Shown: positions 17,806-28,422, counted from the first letter of the stretch. The stretch is 49,369 bases of DNA from Vulcanimicrobiota bacterium (GCA_040217665.1 JBEHWP010000002.1:1-49369), one strand, 5' to 3'. Translations and numbers: made by a program. Notes: generated by a model not told the origin, from the sequence alone.

Positions 17806-19689
17806 ATGTCATTATACTGTGAATGCGGGCGGGAAAATAATACCTCTGCACAGACCTGCACAAATTGTGGCCGTCCTCTGTTAAATCCCACATTAAATTG
17901 TAACTTAAAAACGGGAGCAATCCTGAATAAACGTTACGTCATAAAAAAAGTCATAAAAGATATAGGTACAGACGCACTCTATGAAGCTATAGACGAAGGT
18001 GTCGGCAATTCCCTCTGTCTTATAAAAGAAATTTTTATATCAGATTCTTTAACTGAAAGGGAATCACCGTCAGAACTTTTTATGAGAGAAGCAAACATTC
18101 TTAAGACATGTAAACATAAAAATCTTCCTGCTCTGAGGGATTATTTTATGGAACAGGACAGATATTATCTTGTCATGGATTATATTGACGGCAGTGATCT
18201 TGAAACCCTTATTGTGAAATATATACCTGAGAATGTGCCTGAAAATAAGGTAATTGAATGGGCAAAACAACTTATAGACCTTATGGAATATCTTAATGAA
18301 AACTGTTCCTCTATGTATAAAGATTTAAATCCGGCGAATATAATGGTAGATAAACATCATGAAGAACTGAAATTATTGGATGCAGGTATATCTAAGACGG
18401 GTAAAACAGAAAAATGTAACATGTCAAATGATATTTACTCCCTTGGTGTTATTATGTACTGCCTGCTTACGGGGAAGTTTTCTATGGATCTTAAACCTGT
18501 GGCAGTAAAAGATATTAACAGCCATGTTTCCGATGAACTTAATAGAATAGTCATGAAAAGTCTTTCCAAAAAAGAAGAAAGATACAGAAGTTTTAGAGAT
18601 TTAAAAGATGATCTTGCTATGGTTCCCGGTAAAAAAGAACGGGAAACCAGCAAAATTTCCATATCACCGTTGATCCCTAAAAAAAGGCATATACCATATT
18701 ATTCTTATCGCAGGAAAAATGGGAAAAATCTCTTTAATAAAGTAAAAACATTATGTGCGGTGATAGTATGTTTATGTGTCATTATTGGAGGAAAATATTT
18801 TATAGACTACTATAGCAGGTCTTCTGTAATGCCGGTTCCTGAACAAACTCCTGGCAAAATTTTAACCGGTCATACACCGGAACAGACAAAAGTCCCTGAT
18901 GTTTCTTTTAATGATAAAACAGACAGTGACGGAAAAAAGAAAGAAGAGAAAGTAGAAAAAAATAATATATCTTCTCTGAAAAGTCTGAGTAATTCATATT
19001 TTGAAAGCAGAGATTATAATAAAGCTATTTCAGTGAATAAACAGATTATTTCTGCCTGTCCTTCTGATATTTCTTCCCATATATCTATAGGAACATCTTA
19101 TTACAAAATTGATGAATATAAAATGGCAGAAAAATGGTTTAAGAAAGCTCTTTCTCTTAAGCCATCCGAAAGAGACAGAACTTTCATTGTTTCAAGAATG
19201 ACTGCTATTTATATGACAGAGGGACAGAAAAATATGTCAAAACAGAAATATGATGAAGGTGCCCTCTGTTTCAGAAAGGTTTTACATATAGATGGGAATA
19301 ACAGTAAGGCAAAGGAAGGTCTGGCAACATGTTTTTTACATAAAGGTATATTAAGTTTAGATGCACATAATTATATGGAAGCAAGAACATGGTTTAATCG
19401 GGTTATATCATTGAATATAAATGGACAGCTCATAAAAGATGCAAAAAACTATATCTCTTCCATAGAAAGAGATCTCGGTTATGCTTCAAATAATTATTAT
19501 AAGAGTGATTATTATCAACAGACCTATTATAATGATTATAATTATGAGTGTCAGGACTCCGGTAATCAGAAGAGCAATAAGTCCCCTGTAAATTCTGAAT
19601 TACATTATGATAATATTTCTGCAGGTGGAAGTCAGGGAAAGTCGAATAATTCAGAAAGAAATTCTGATACTGAACTTCATTATGAATAG
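17806..19689 (+). CDS. Ser/Thr protein kinase with N-terminal zinc ribbon, one TM segment and a C-terminal TPR region
   Basis: CECG..x11..CTNCG zinc ribbon. Kinase subdomains (LIKEI Lys, YKDLNPANIMV catalytic loop, LLDAG for DFG, DIYSLGVIMYCLLTG). TM LCAVIVCLCVIIGG. TPR-like repeats. RBS AAGGAG. Confidence 0.8.
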   Translation: MSLYCECGRENNTSAQTCTNCGRPLLNPTLNCNLKTGAILNKRYVIKKVIKDIGTDALYEAIDEGVGNSLCLIKEIFISDSLTERESPSELFMREANILKTCKHKNLPALRDYFMEQDRYYLVMDYIDGSDLETLIVKYIPENVPENKVIEWAKQLIDLMEYLNENCSSMYKDLNPANIMVDKHHEELKLLDAGISKTGKTEKCNMSNDIYSLGVIMYCLLTGKFSMDLKPVAVKDINSHVSDELNRIVMKSLSKKEERYRSFRDLKDDLAMVPGKKERETSKISISPLIPKKRHIPYYSYRRKNGKNLFNKVKTLCAVIVCLCVIIGGKYFIDYYSRSSVMPVPEQTPGKILTGHTPEQTKVPDVSFNDKTDSDGKKKEEKVEKNNISSLKSLSNSYFESRDYNKAISVNKQIISACPSDISSHISIGTSYYKIDEYKMAEKWFKKALSLKPSERDRTFIVSRMTAIYMTEGQKNMSKQKYDEGALCFRKVLHIDGNNSKAKEGLATCFLHKGILSLDAHNYMEARTWFNRVISLNINGQLIKDAKNYISSIERDLGYASNNYYKSDYYQQTYYNDYNYECQDSGNQKSNKSPVNSELHYDNISAGGSQGKSNNSERNSDTELHYE

Positions 19690-19696
19690 GTTCCGG

Positions 19697-19738
19697 TAAA
19701 TGGTGAATAGCCATTTACCAATGGCTATTCACCATTTA
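19697..19738 (+). promoter_or_regulatory. 19-bp perfect hairpin between the kinase stop and the FGE-gene RBS
   Basis: TAAATGGTGAATAGCCATT - TACC - AATGGCTATTCACCATTTA. The 3' arm ends at the first base of the Shine-Dalgarno AGGAGG (19738-19743) of the gene starting at 19749. Confidence 0.5.
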
Positions 19739-19748
19739 GGAGGCTATT

Positions 19749-20975
19749 ATGCAAAGATTTATATTTTCTGTTATTCTTTTAAGCCTGTTAATAACACCGG
19801 CTATAATCCTGAAAGCATCTGAAAGTGACGATCTGCTGAAACAGGCTGTAGAGCTTATAAAAATCGATAAACTTGACTGGGCTCTCGAACTTGTAAGAGA
19901 GGTTATACAGAAGGATCCCCATAACCCGAAAAGTTATCACTGTGCCGGTATGATCTATTTCAAGAAAAAGAATTATCCCCTTTCGATAAAAGAGTATAAA
20001 ATAGCCATATCTTTTAAGCCCGATTACAGTGTTGCCTGGTACAATCTCGGTCTTTCCTACGAAAAGCTTTTACGGTATCAGCAGGCATGTGATGCTTTTA
20101 CAAAAGCAAGGGATCTTTATAAAGCACAGAAAAATAAAAGAGATTATGAAGATGCACTGCAAAAACTTGCCCGTCTTCAGGAAATGGGTTATGTTTCCAC
20201 ATCTCCTGAAAAAGTTAATGAAACAGAAATGATCTTTATTGAAGAAGGAGAATTCTTTATGGGAAGTGATAGAGCCGGTTCTGAAACAGATGAAAAACCA
20301 TGTCGTAAAGTATATCTTTCTTCTTACTGGATAGATAAATATGAAGTGACAAACGGTCAATACTGTAACTTTTTAAATAGTAAGGGTAAATCATGTAATA
20401 ACGGACATGTATGGATTCATATAGATGACAGATCAGGGGAATGCAGAATTAAAAAGGTCAATAACACCTTTGTAGTAGTTCCCGGCTATGAAAACCATCC
20501 TGTAACCTTTGTAACATGGTACGGTGCTTCTTCCTATGCAAAATGGCTGAATAAAAGATTACCTACAGAAGCTGAATGGGAAAAAGCAGCCAGAGGAACA
20601 GACATAAGAATCTTTCCCTGGGGAAGTAACTGGGACAGTGGCAGATGTGCAAATAAATATAATTGTTTCGATAAAAAGACAAAGCCTGTCGGATCCTATC
20701 CGGAAGGAGCATCTCCCTATGGAGTAATGGATATGGCAGGAAATGTTCTCGAATGGTGTTCCGACTGGTACGGATATTACACTGTAATGGAAGAGCCGGT
20801 AAAAAATCCTCACGGTCCTTTTGCCGGTGTAACAAAGATTTTACGGGGCGGTAGCTGGGATGATAATTATTATTACTGCAGAATTACCTTCCGCGGTAAT
20901 TACAGCCCTGATAATTATGATAATGATATAGGGTTTCGATGTGTAACATCGGCACTTACAGATAAAAAGAAGTGA
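19749..20975 (+). CDS. Secreted TPR + formylglycine-generating-enzyme (FGE/SUMF1) domain protein
   Basis: Signal peptide. TPR repeats. FGE motifs: MIFIEEGEFFMGSD, YWIDKYEVTNGQY, HPVTFVTWYGASSYAKWLNKRLPTEAEWEKAARG, GNVLEWCSDWY, RGGSW, GFRCV. RBS AGGAGG. Confidence 0.85.
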   Translation: MQRFIFSVILLSLLITPAIILKASESDDLLKQAVELIKIDKLDWALELVREVIQKDPHNPKSYHCAGMIYFKKKNYPLSIKEYKIAISFKPDYSVAWYNLGLSYEKLLRYQQACDAFTKARDLYKAQKNKRDYEDALQKLARLQEMGYVSTSPEKVNETEMIFIEEGEFFMGSDRAGSETDEKPCRKVYLSSYWIDKYEVTNGQYCNFLNSKGKSCNNGHVWIHIDDRSGECRIKKVNNTFVVVPGYENHPVTFVTWYGASSYAKWLNKRLPTEAEWEKAARGTDIRIFPWGSNWDSGRCANKYNCFDKKTKPVGSYPEGASPYGVMDMAGNVLEWCSDWYGYYTVMEEPVKNPHGPFAGVTKILRGGSWDDNYYYCRITFRGNYSPDNYDNDIGFRCVTSALTDKKK

Positions 20976-21027
20976 TATTCTTTAATAGAGTAGACAGTTT
21001 CGATAAAGCAGTTCGGGACTATTTATC

Positions 21028-21072
21028 GTGAATAGTGAGTAGTGAAAAACTGTCTCACTACTCACTATTCAC
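21028..21072. terminator. Perfect 18-bp hairpin between the convergent FGE-domain gene and gdhA (probable bidirectional terminator)
   Basis: GTGAATAGTGAGTAGTGA - AAAACTGTC - TCACTACTCACTATTCAC. The arms are made of 7-mers (GTGAATA GTGAGTA GTGA). Confidence 0.6.
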
Positions 21073-21075
21073 TGA

Positions 21076-22434
<1,359 letters not shown>

Positions 22435-22506
22435 TTAATATAAGATGTATATCAATTTTAATTGATAATTAAATGGATTCATAGAAAAGAAAAATCTATA
22501 ATTTTT

Positions 22507-22719
22507 TTATTCGGAATGATTATTTTCATTGCCACCGTATGTCATACCATTTAAAAAATCCTTGAGGTTGTCTTCTGTTACATACCATTTATTCCCAACT
22601 TTTCTGCCTTTAAGTTTGCCATGATGAATATATGTTCTTAAAGATGTTGGTGTAACCTGAAGAGCTTCAGAAAGTTCCGTGAGGTTATAAAGTTTTATAT
22701 CTCCTATTTGTCTGGGCAT
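22507..22719 (-). CDS. Small helix-turn-helix DNA-binding protein (excisionase/MerR-like HTH_17 type)
   Basis: LTELSEALQVTPTSLRTYIHHGKLKGRKVGNKWYVTEDNLKDFL matches the excisionase-family HTH pattern. Strong RBS GGGAGGAG. Confidence 0.6.
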   Translation of the reverse strand: MPRQIGDIKLYNLTELSEALQVTPTSLRTYIHHGKLKGRKVGNKWYVTEDNLKDFLNGMTYGGNENNHSE

Positions 22720-23140
22720 AAATATCTCCTCCCTTTAAAAATATTATTCTCTTATAATTAGTCTCTTATATTTTTTGATGTTATCACGAAATATTTATAA
22801 TTGTCAATATTTATTTTAAAAATACTCTTATTTTTTTATCTTTCTAAAGGGAACCGAAATAGAGACAGTAGTGTGTACCATATGCCGGGTTACCAATTTA
22901 CCTGTTACGGTAATTAGCTATTAGAGATTAGCTTTAATTATTAACGGAAAACTAAAAACTAATTGCTATTTTATTAAATGTGACATTGTCAAGCTAATAG
23001 ATTTACAAAATTAAGTGTAATTCCAGTAGAAGTGAATTTACCTGTCATAAAAAAACATTATCGTATGTGACGACTTTTCGGATAAGCTCTTAATATAAAT
23101 TGAATTTTCTGATATAATTAATTTACTGTAAGTTAAGAGT

Positions 23141-23220
23141 ACAGGAAATTTTATTTTTAATTGGCCTAAAATAAAGCTTTAGATGAAATTATTAAAAGGC
23201 AGTTTATCTGAATAATTTAA
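23141..23220 (+). repeat. Family 1 repeat copy
   Basis: ACAGGAAATTTTATTTTTAATTGGCCTAAAATAAAGCTTTAGATGAAATTATTAAAAGGCAGTTTATCTGAATAATTTAA. Confidence 0.8.
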
Positions 23221-23261
23221 TTTTACTGAAAAATTCATTTTTTATGGCTTAAAGAATAGGT

Positions 23262-24245
23262 ATGTGGGACATGAATATTAATAAACGAAGAATTTCTTCA
23301 ATAATGACAGGTATTTTTTATCTTTTTCTTACCATTTATTTCTCTGTATATTTCTGGGATAGAGATTATGATATAGCAAAATACTGGGTTGAACAGAAAA
23401 CAAAACCTTTTTACGGAATTTTTATGAACAGAACCATTTTTGACGGGGAGGGGTTCGGCGGACAGGATTTTTCAAATATAGCTATTGCTATGGCACTTTT
23501 TTTATATATTCTGTCTTTTAACAGACGATTTCAGGAAACCCTCTTTTTTACTCGAAAATACACAGGCTTTATGCTTGGCGTCGCTCTCATAGAAACACTT
23601 AATATATCCCGTCTGTTGAGAGGTTTTTTTGGCAGAGCCAGGCCATATCATGTTGTGGAAGGCAAAGAAATATTTACTCATATGCTTACCTTTGGCCCTT
23701 ATACTTTGGATGAAGCTTTAAATCATGGTTCTTTTCCTTCAGGTCATACTTTTTCGGCTATGTTTTTACTTACTCTTGCTTTTATTTTTCTCAGATCTAA
23801 AAGACCATTTTTTATTATTCTGATGTTTCTTATGTCGATTTCTTACGGTATAGCTATGGGAGCAGGCCGCGTTATGTTCGGTGCTCATTATCCGGGAGAT
23901 GTACTCTGGTCTATAATATTCAGTATTCCTGTAACTGCGTGGCTTTATTTTAAAGGTTTTCAGATTCCGGATCAGGAGAAAGGGAGCTTAAAGATAAATT
24001 ATACCCCTTCAGAAGGCAGGGGTATAATTATACATTTTATGAATTTAACAAAATCTCTGTGGGAACTATATTACAGTATCTTATTTATTTGTCTATCTAT
24101 ATCAATTTTTATCGGCCTTTCTGCACTTAAATATACATTTCTGGATTTTAAATATTACTGGCCATGTATAAGTTTATGCGGAATAGTTATGTCCATTAAA
24201 TTTTACAGTAAACTTTACAGATTCAAGCGTGACCTTTCTGAGTAA
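23262..24245 (+). CDS. PAP2-family membrane phosphatase with extra C-terminal TM segments
   Basis: Acid-phosphatase motifs: RARP (K/R-x6-RP region), PSGHT, and GRVMFGAHYPGDV (SR-x5-H-x3-D). Multiple TM helices. The alternative start at 23271 is equally plausible. Confidence 0.8.
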   Translation: MWDMNINKRRISSIMTGIFYLFLTIYFSVYFWDRDYDIAKYWVEQKTKPFYGIFMNRTIFDGEGFGGQDFSNIAIAMALFLYILSFNRRFQETLFFTRKYTGFMLGVALIETLNISRLLRGFFGRARPYHVVEGKEIFTHMLTFGPYTLDEALNHGSFPSGHTFSAMFLLTLAFIFLRSKRPFFIILMFLMSISYGIAMGAGRVMFGAHYPGDVLWSIIFSIPVTAWLYFKGFQIPDQEKGSLKINYTPSEGRGIIIHFMNLTKSLWELYYSILFICLSISIFIGLSALKYTFLDFKYYWPCISLCGIVMSIKFYSKLYRFKRDLSE

Positions 24246-24268
24246 ACAGATGGTAATACTTTAAAGGT

Positions 24269-24283
24269 ATAGGAATTTTCATT
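24269..24283 (+). repeat. Family 1 repeat, 5' fragment only
   Basis: ATAGGAATTTTCATT preceded by AAAGGT, as in the copy at 17241. Confidence 0.5.
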
Positions 24284-24301
24284 CCGATTAAACTATTATA
24301 T

Positions 24302-24343
24302 GGTTTAGAGTTTATAGTTTAGGGTTGATTTCAACTCTAAACC
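24302..24343. terminator. 11-bp hairpin made of GTTTAGA-type 7-mers between the convergent PAP2 and proline dehydrogenase genes
   Basis: GGTTTAGAGTT (24302-24312) ... AACTCTAAACC (24333-24343). Surrounding sequence GTTTAGAGTTTATAGTTTAGGGTTGA. Confidence 0.4.
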
Positions 24344-24408
24344 TTCAGCTCTCAACTTTAAACAACTCGCCTGAAGGGCGTTAAGTTCTTCCATAGTTCA
24401 CTCAGTAA

Positions 24409-25335
24409 TTAATCAAGCATAAGATTTCTCAATATAAATGTTATATTATCAGTTCTTTCGGCAAGTCTTCTCAAATAATAAGGATACCATTCAGTGCCAT
24501 AGGGTACATAAATTCTCATATTATAACCTTCTCTGACCAGTATTTTCTGTAAATCCCTTCTTACTCCATATAACATCTGGAATTCAAACTGATCAGGTCT
24601 GATTTTATTCTCTTTTACATATTTTTTTGTAGCTATTATCATTTTTACATCATGTGTGGCCATGGCAGGATAATAACCGGAAGCAAGAACGTCCGGAGCC
24701 ATAACCATTTCCATGAGTTTCAGATAATTTTTTTCTACATCCTTTTTACCCTGGAAAGCTATGGATGAAGGTTCTTTATAGGCTCCTTTACAGAGTCTCA
24801 CAAAAGCTTTCTTTTTTATAAGTTCTTTAATGTCATCTTCGCTTCTGTGGAGATAGCCCTGTATAACGATTCCTACATTTTCATATTTTTCCCTGAGGGC
24901 ATAAAATGTATCCAGTGTCGGTTGTGTGCAGTCGGAACCTTCCATATCTATACGAACAAAAGTTTCATATGTTCTTGCCTGTTTAACTATCCTCTCTACA
25001 TTCTCCATACAGAAATTTCTGTCTATGGCAAGTCCCATCATGGTAAGTTTTACGGATACGTGAGCTCTCAGGTTTTCTTTTTTTATGGTATCCAGCAGGT
25101 GAAGATAAGAATTTGCAGATGCTTCAGCCTCTGCTCTATCCTTTACATGTTCTCCTAGATGATCCATCGTAGCTGTCATGCCCATATTATTTAATTCTTT
25201 AACCTTCGGTATTGCCTCTTCAAGTGTTTCTCCTGCAACGAATCTGGATGCCATATCCTTTGAAATTTGAAAATAAGTAACCATTTTTCTGATAGGCTTA
25301 TTATCAGATAAAAATATTAAAAAATTCCTCAACAT
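24409..25335 (-). CDS. Proline dehydrogenase (monofunctional PutA-like)
   Basis: 308 aa. TIM-barrel PRODH pattern including LCKGAY, QMLYGVRRDL and C-terminal YLRRLAERTDNITFILRN. RBS AAAGGAG. Confidence 0.8.
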   Translation of the reverse strand: MLRNFLIFLSDNKPIRKMVTYFQISKDMASRFVAGETLEEAIPKVKELNNMGMTATMDHLGEHVKDRAEAEASANSYLHLLDTIKKENLRAHVSVKLTMMGLAIDRNFCMENVERIVKQARTYETFVRIDMEGSDCTQPTLDTFYALREKYENVGIVIQGYLHRSEDDIKELIKKKAFVRLCKGAYKEPSSIAFQGKKDVEKNYLKLMEMVMAPDVLASGYYPAMATHDVKMIIATKKYVKENKIRPDQFEFQMLYGVRRDLQKILVREGYNMRIYVPYGTEWYPYYLRRLAERTDNITFILRNLMLD

Positions 25336-25533
25336 ATAAGGGAATACTCCTTTCTTCCTGGGAGAAGAAATATAAAGATTTCATGAAAATCTATTATTTC
25401 ATGATTCGGAAATCACTTTTTATGACTGTTTATAAATTTTGTGTAACCCTCTATTAATCTTTTATTCCCCGGTAAGTTTACACAAAAGATTTAAAACCCT
25501 CATTTTTAACTGAATATTTTTTCAGATAAAGGA

Positions 25534-26007
25534 TTATTTTACCTCTTCCTTATTGTCTTTTTTTTTAGGAAGTGAATCTTTTATATCCTTGATGGCTATA
25601 TATCCCTGGTCCTGCATATTTTTTATGGCTCTCATAATTCTGGATCTCGGATCTTCCACTCTTGAAGCAAGATCCTCCATCTGCCAGAGTTCTTCCGCAT
25701 CAAGCCATATACCGCCGCATTTGTCGCATCTATCGATAACAAGATTACCTTCAGGTACATATTTCATTTCCTGTAACATGCCCTGGCATTTCGGACATGT
25801 ATATTCTGTATATTTTGCCTGTGAGAGAACTTCCTCCAGTTTCGGTATATCATCTGCAAGCTCGGTAAAAGTAGCGGCTTCACCTTTATCCATCCATATA
25901 CCTTTACAGGAATCGCAGAGATCAATATCTATCCCTTCAGGTGTATTAAAAGAATAAAGGGTATTTTCATTACATTTGGGACAGTTAAATTTTTGTTTTT
26001 CAGACAT
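25534..26007 (-). CDS. Double zinc-ribbon protein (two TFIIB-type zf modules)
   Basis: Two copies of CPKC-x(14-18)-C-x2-C-G-IW(M/L)D: CPKCNEN...CDSCKGIWMDKGE and CPKCQGM...CDKCGGIWLDAEE. Confidence 0.6.
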   Translation of the reverse strand: MSEKQKFNCPKCNENTLYSFNTPEGIDIDLCDSCKGIWMDKGEAATFTELADDIPKLEEVLSQAKYTEYTCPKCQGMLQEMKYVPEGNLVIDRCDKCGGIWLDAEELWQMEDLASRVEDPRSRIMRAIKNMQDQGYIAIKDIKDSLPKKKDNKEEVK

Positions 26008-26204
26008 TTTTTATCGAGTAACTCAAAAAATTTTTATATAAAAAAATCACTGAGTGTATTTCAATATTTAATAAATACAAAAATATATCACATAACATAA
26101 TCTATATAAGATCGTTTAAATATGAAAATAGAGTTACTCTACTCCTTTCTTAATAAATATTATTATATCCAAAAACACTGATTAATTCAATAAAAATCGT
26201 AAAA

Positions 26205-27995
26205 TTACCTGGCTTCCTTTCCTATTTTAAATCTTTTTTGCAGTCTTTCTATCCCTGCCTGCAGTTCATTTTTTAATAGTTCCTGCCAGTATACTCCTGT
26301 TACACCCATTTGGTTGAACTTTTTATATCTTTCATTTAAAAGATTATTAATGGAATGTTTCTTTAACGCTTCAATATTTTTCAATAGCTCCATCTTTATG
26401 AGCTGAGATGAAGTAAGTATATCAAAATGTGCCCCTCCCTGTGCTTCGGGGATAATCTTATCTATAAGCTGCAGATTATATAAATCAAAAGCTGTAAGCT
26501 TTAAAAATGGTGCCAAATCTTTTGCCTTTTTTGCATCCCTGTAAAGTATGGATGCCGCTCCTTCAGGAGAAATAACGGAAAAGATAGCTCTTTCCTGCAT
26601 GAAAACCCTGTCAGCTACTGACAGAGCAGAAGCACCTCCGCTCCCTCCTTCTCCTATAACTATACTCAATGTAGGAGTCATAAGGGTAGACATTATGCTG
26701 AAACAGTGAGCAAGAGACATAGCAATCCCTCTTTTTTCAGATTCAAACCCGGGGAATGCCCCCGGTGTATCAAGAAAAGTGACAAGAGGTATCTGGAATT
26801 TTTCTGCCATATGCATCATCCTCTGGGCTTTTCTGTAACCTTCCGGCATGGCCATTCCTTTGCGTCTGTATTTTTTTTCTTCTTCATTCCTTCCTTTTTC
26901 CTGTGCTATTATTGCCACCGTCTGCCCTTCCAGATCGCCGACTCCGATAATTACTGCAGGATCGTCACCGAAATAACGGTCTCCTTTGAATTCCACGAAA
27001 TTTGCAAATATTCTTTCAATATAATCGATGGATGTAGGTCTTTCCGGATTTCTTGCCGCTTCTACTGCTTCCCATGGATCAATATGTTTCAGAGGCTGAT
27101 GCTGAGGAGGTCTCAACCTGGGGAATTTTACCTGTCCTCTTCTGGTAAGATGTTTTATCAGGTGAGAAATTCTGAGTTTCAAATTTTTTCTCTCCACTAT
27201 TTTATCAATCATACCATGATCCATAAGGAATTCTGCAGTATGAGATTCTGGAGGCAGTTTCTCACCTATGGTCTGTTCTATAACCCTTGGCCCTGCAAAC
27301 CCGACCAGTGCCCTGGGTTCTGCAATAATTACATCTCCCAGAGAAGAAAAACTTGCAGCAATACCCCCTGTAGTGGGGTTTGTCTGCACAGATATATAGG
27401 GAAGTCCTGCCTTGTGGAATCTTGCCACTGCAGAAGCAGTTTTTGCCATCTGCATCAATGAAAGCATACCTTCCTGCATTCTGGCTCCGCCACTTGAAAC
27501 TACACTGATAACAGGGAGTTTCTTTTTAATGGCTCTTAAAAATGCATTTGATACCTTTTCTCCGACTACTGAACCCATAGTGCCGCCCATAAATTCAAAA
27601 TCAAGTACACAGAACACAGCTTCCGTTCCGTCAATTTTTCCTGTTCCTACAATAACTGCATCTCTCATACCTGTTTTTTGAGTTGCTTCTTTCAGTCTTT
27701 CCAGATAAGTTTTCTTGTCAACAAAGTGAAGAGGATCTACAGATGTTAAATTTTTATCCCATTCTTTAAAAGTACCCGGATCTACGAGCAATTTTAATCT
27801 TTCATTGGCAGATATATGCATATGATAATTACATTCCGGACATACATTCAGATATTTTTCGAAAGATTTTTCACTCACGTCAAATTTACATCCGGGGCAT
27901 GATGAACTGGAGTTTACTTCTTCTGCAGATGGATTTCCAGGGGGATTTGTCCGGGGAGGAGTTTTCTCTGTTGTCAGGTCTGAGCCTTCTTTCAT
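26205..27995 (-). CDS. Acetyl-CoA carboxylase carboxyltransferase, fused beta (AccD) and alpha (AccA) subunits
   Basis: AccD zinc ribbon CPGC..x15..CPECNYHMHISANERL and GGARMQEG. AccA part ERPTSIDYIERIF, AMPEGYRKAQRMMHMAEKFQIPLVTFLDTPGAFPG. Start placed at ATG 27995 (GGAGGA 7 nt upstream). The ORF track opens at TTG 28025. Confidence 0.9.
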   Translation of the reverse strand: MKEGSDLTTEKTPPRTNPPGNPSAEEVNSSSSCPGCKFDVSEKSFEKYLNVCPECNYHMHISANERLKLLVDPGTFKEWDKNLTSVDPLHFVDKKTYLERLKEATQKTGMRDAVIVGTGKIDGTEAVFCVLDFEFMGGTMGSVVGEKVSNAFLRAIKKKLPVISVVSSGGARMQEGMLSLMQMAKTASAVARFHKAGLPYISVQTNPTTGGIAASFSSLGDVIIAEPRALVGFAGPRVIEQTIGEKLPPESHTAEFLMDHGMIDKIVERKNLKLRISHLIKHLTRRGQVKFPRLRPPQHQPLKHIDPWEAVEAARNPERPTSIDYIERIFANFVEFKGDRYFGDDPAVIIGVGDLEGQTVAIIAQEKGRNEEEKKYRRKGMAMPEGYRKAQRMMHMAEKFQIPLVTFLDTPGAFPGFESEKRGIAMSLAHCFSIMSTLMTPTLSIVIGEGGSGGASALSVADRVFMQERAIFSVISPEGAASILYRDAKKAKDLAPFLKLTAFDLYNLQLIDKIIPEAQGGAHFDILTSSQLIKMELLKNIEALKKHSINNLLNERYKKFNQMGVTGVYWQELLKNELQAGIERLQKRFKIGKEAR

Positions 27996-28261
27996 AAAAT
28001 TGTCCTCCATTCTCATTGTAGTCAACTTTATAATTATTCTATAAATGCCTACTCACAGTAGACTATTTATAAAAGGTTGTTTGAAAAATCTATAATAAAT
28101 TCTTTCTCTCTCTCTATTTTAATTGTTAAATACTTGAAAAGTCAATACAGGGAAAGATAAATCTTACTTTATTATTAAGATAATATTTTCAGGAGAATTG
28201 AATTCTTTGAGTTTATTGTGATTGGTTTTATGAAAACTTATTACCGTAACAGGTAAAAAGG

Positions 28262-28422
28262 TATCCATTTCTAAAACCTGTCCCTGGCCGGACTCTTCCG
28301 GAAAAGATATGATCCTGTTACGTGGTAAACTGGTTTTACAGACTGTTAATATTTTGCGTCTATATCATTTACAACTCTCTTTTAATACGGCATATTTTTT
28401 CCTCCAGAGCCTCACACACCGG
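28262..28422 (-). repeat. Family 3 element, copy 2, inverted relative to copy 1
   Basis: The reverse complement of 28262-28365 matches 2170-2275 almost base for base (ATAGACGCAAAATATTAACAGTCTG.AAAACCAGTTT.CCACG.AA.AGGATCATATCTTTTCCGGAAGAGTCCGGCCAGGGACAGGTTTTAGAAATGG). Confidence 0.85.

Noticed and set aside
20029-20835. Short ORFs on both strands within the FGE-domain gene
   Set aside because: They overlap a gene with multiple diagnostic FGE motifs. There is no independent support.
22507-23261. Prophage or integrative element inferred from the excisionase-like gene
   Set aside because: A lone HTH_17-type protein is insufficient. No integrase, att repeats, tRNA target or phage genes are present in the window.
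25553-25957. 134-aa plus-strand ORF opposite the double zinc-ribbon gene
   Set aside because: The minus-strand frame carries two clean C-x2-C...C-x2-C-G-IW-D modules. The plus-strand translation is Ser-rich low complexity.
26706-27461. 251-aa ORF antisense to the AccD-AccA gene (also 27412-27681)
   Set aside because: This is a shadow ORF opposite a highly conserved, well-supported gene. Its Cys/Phe/Arg-rich composition is typical of antisense frames, and it has no motifs.
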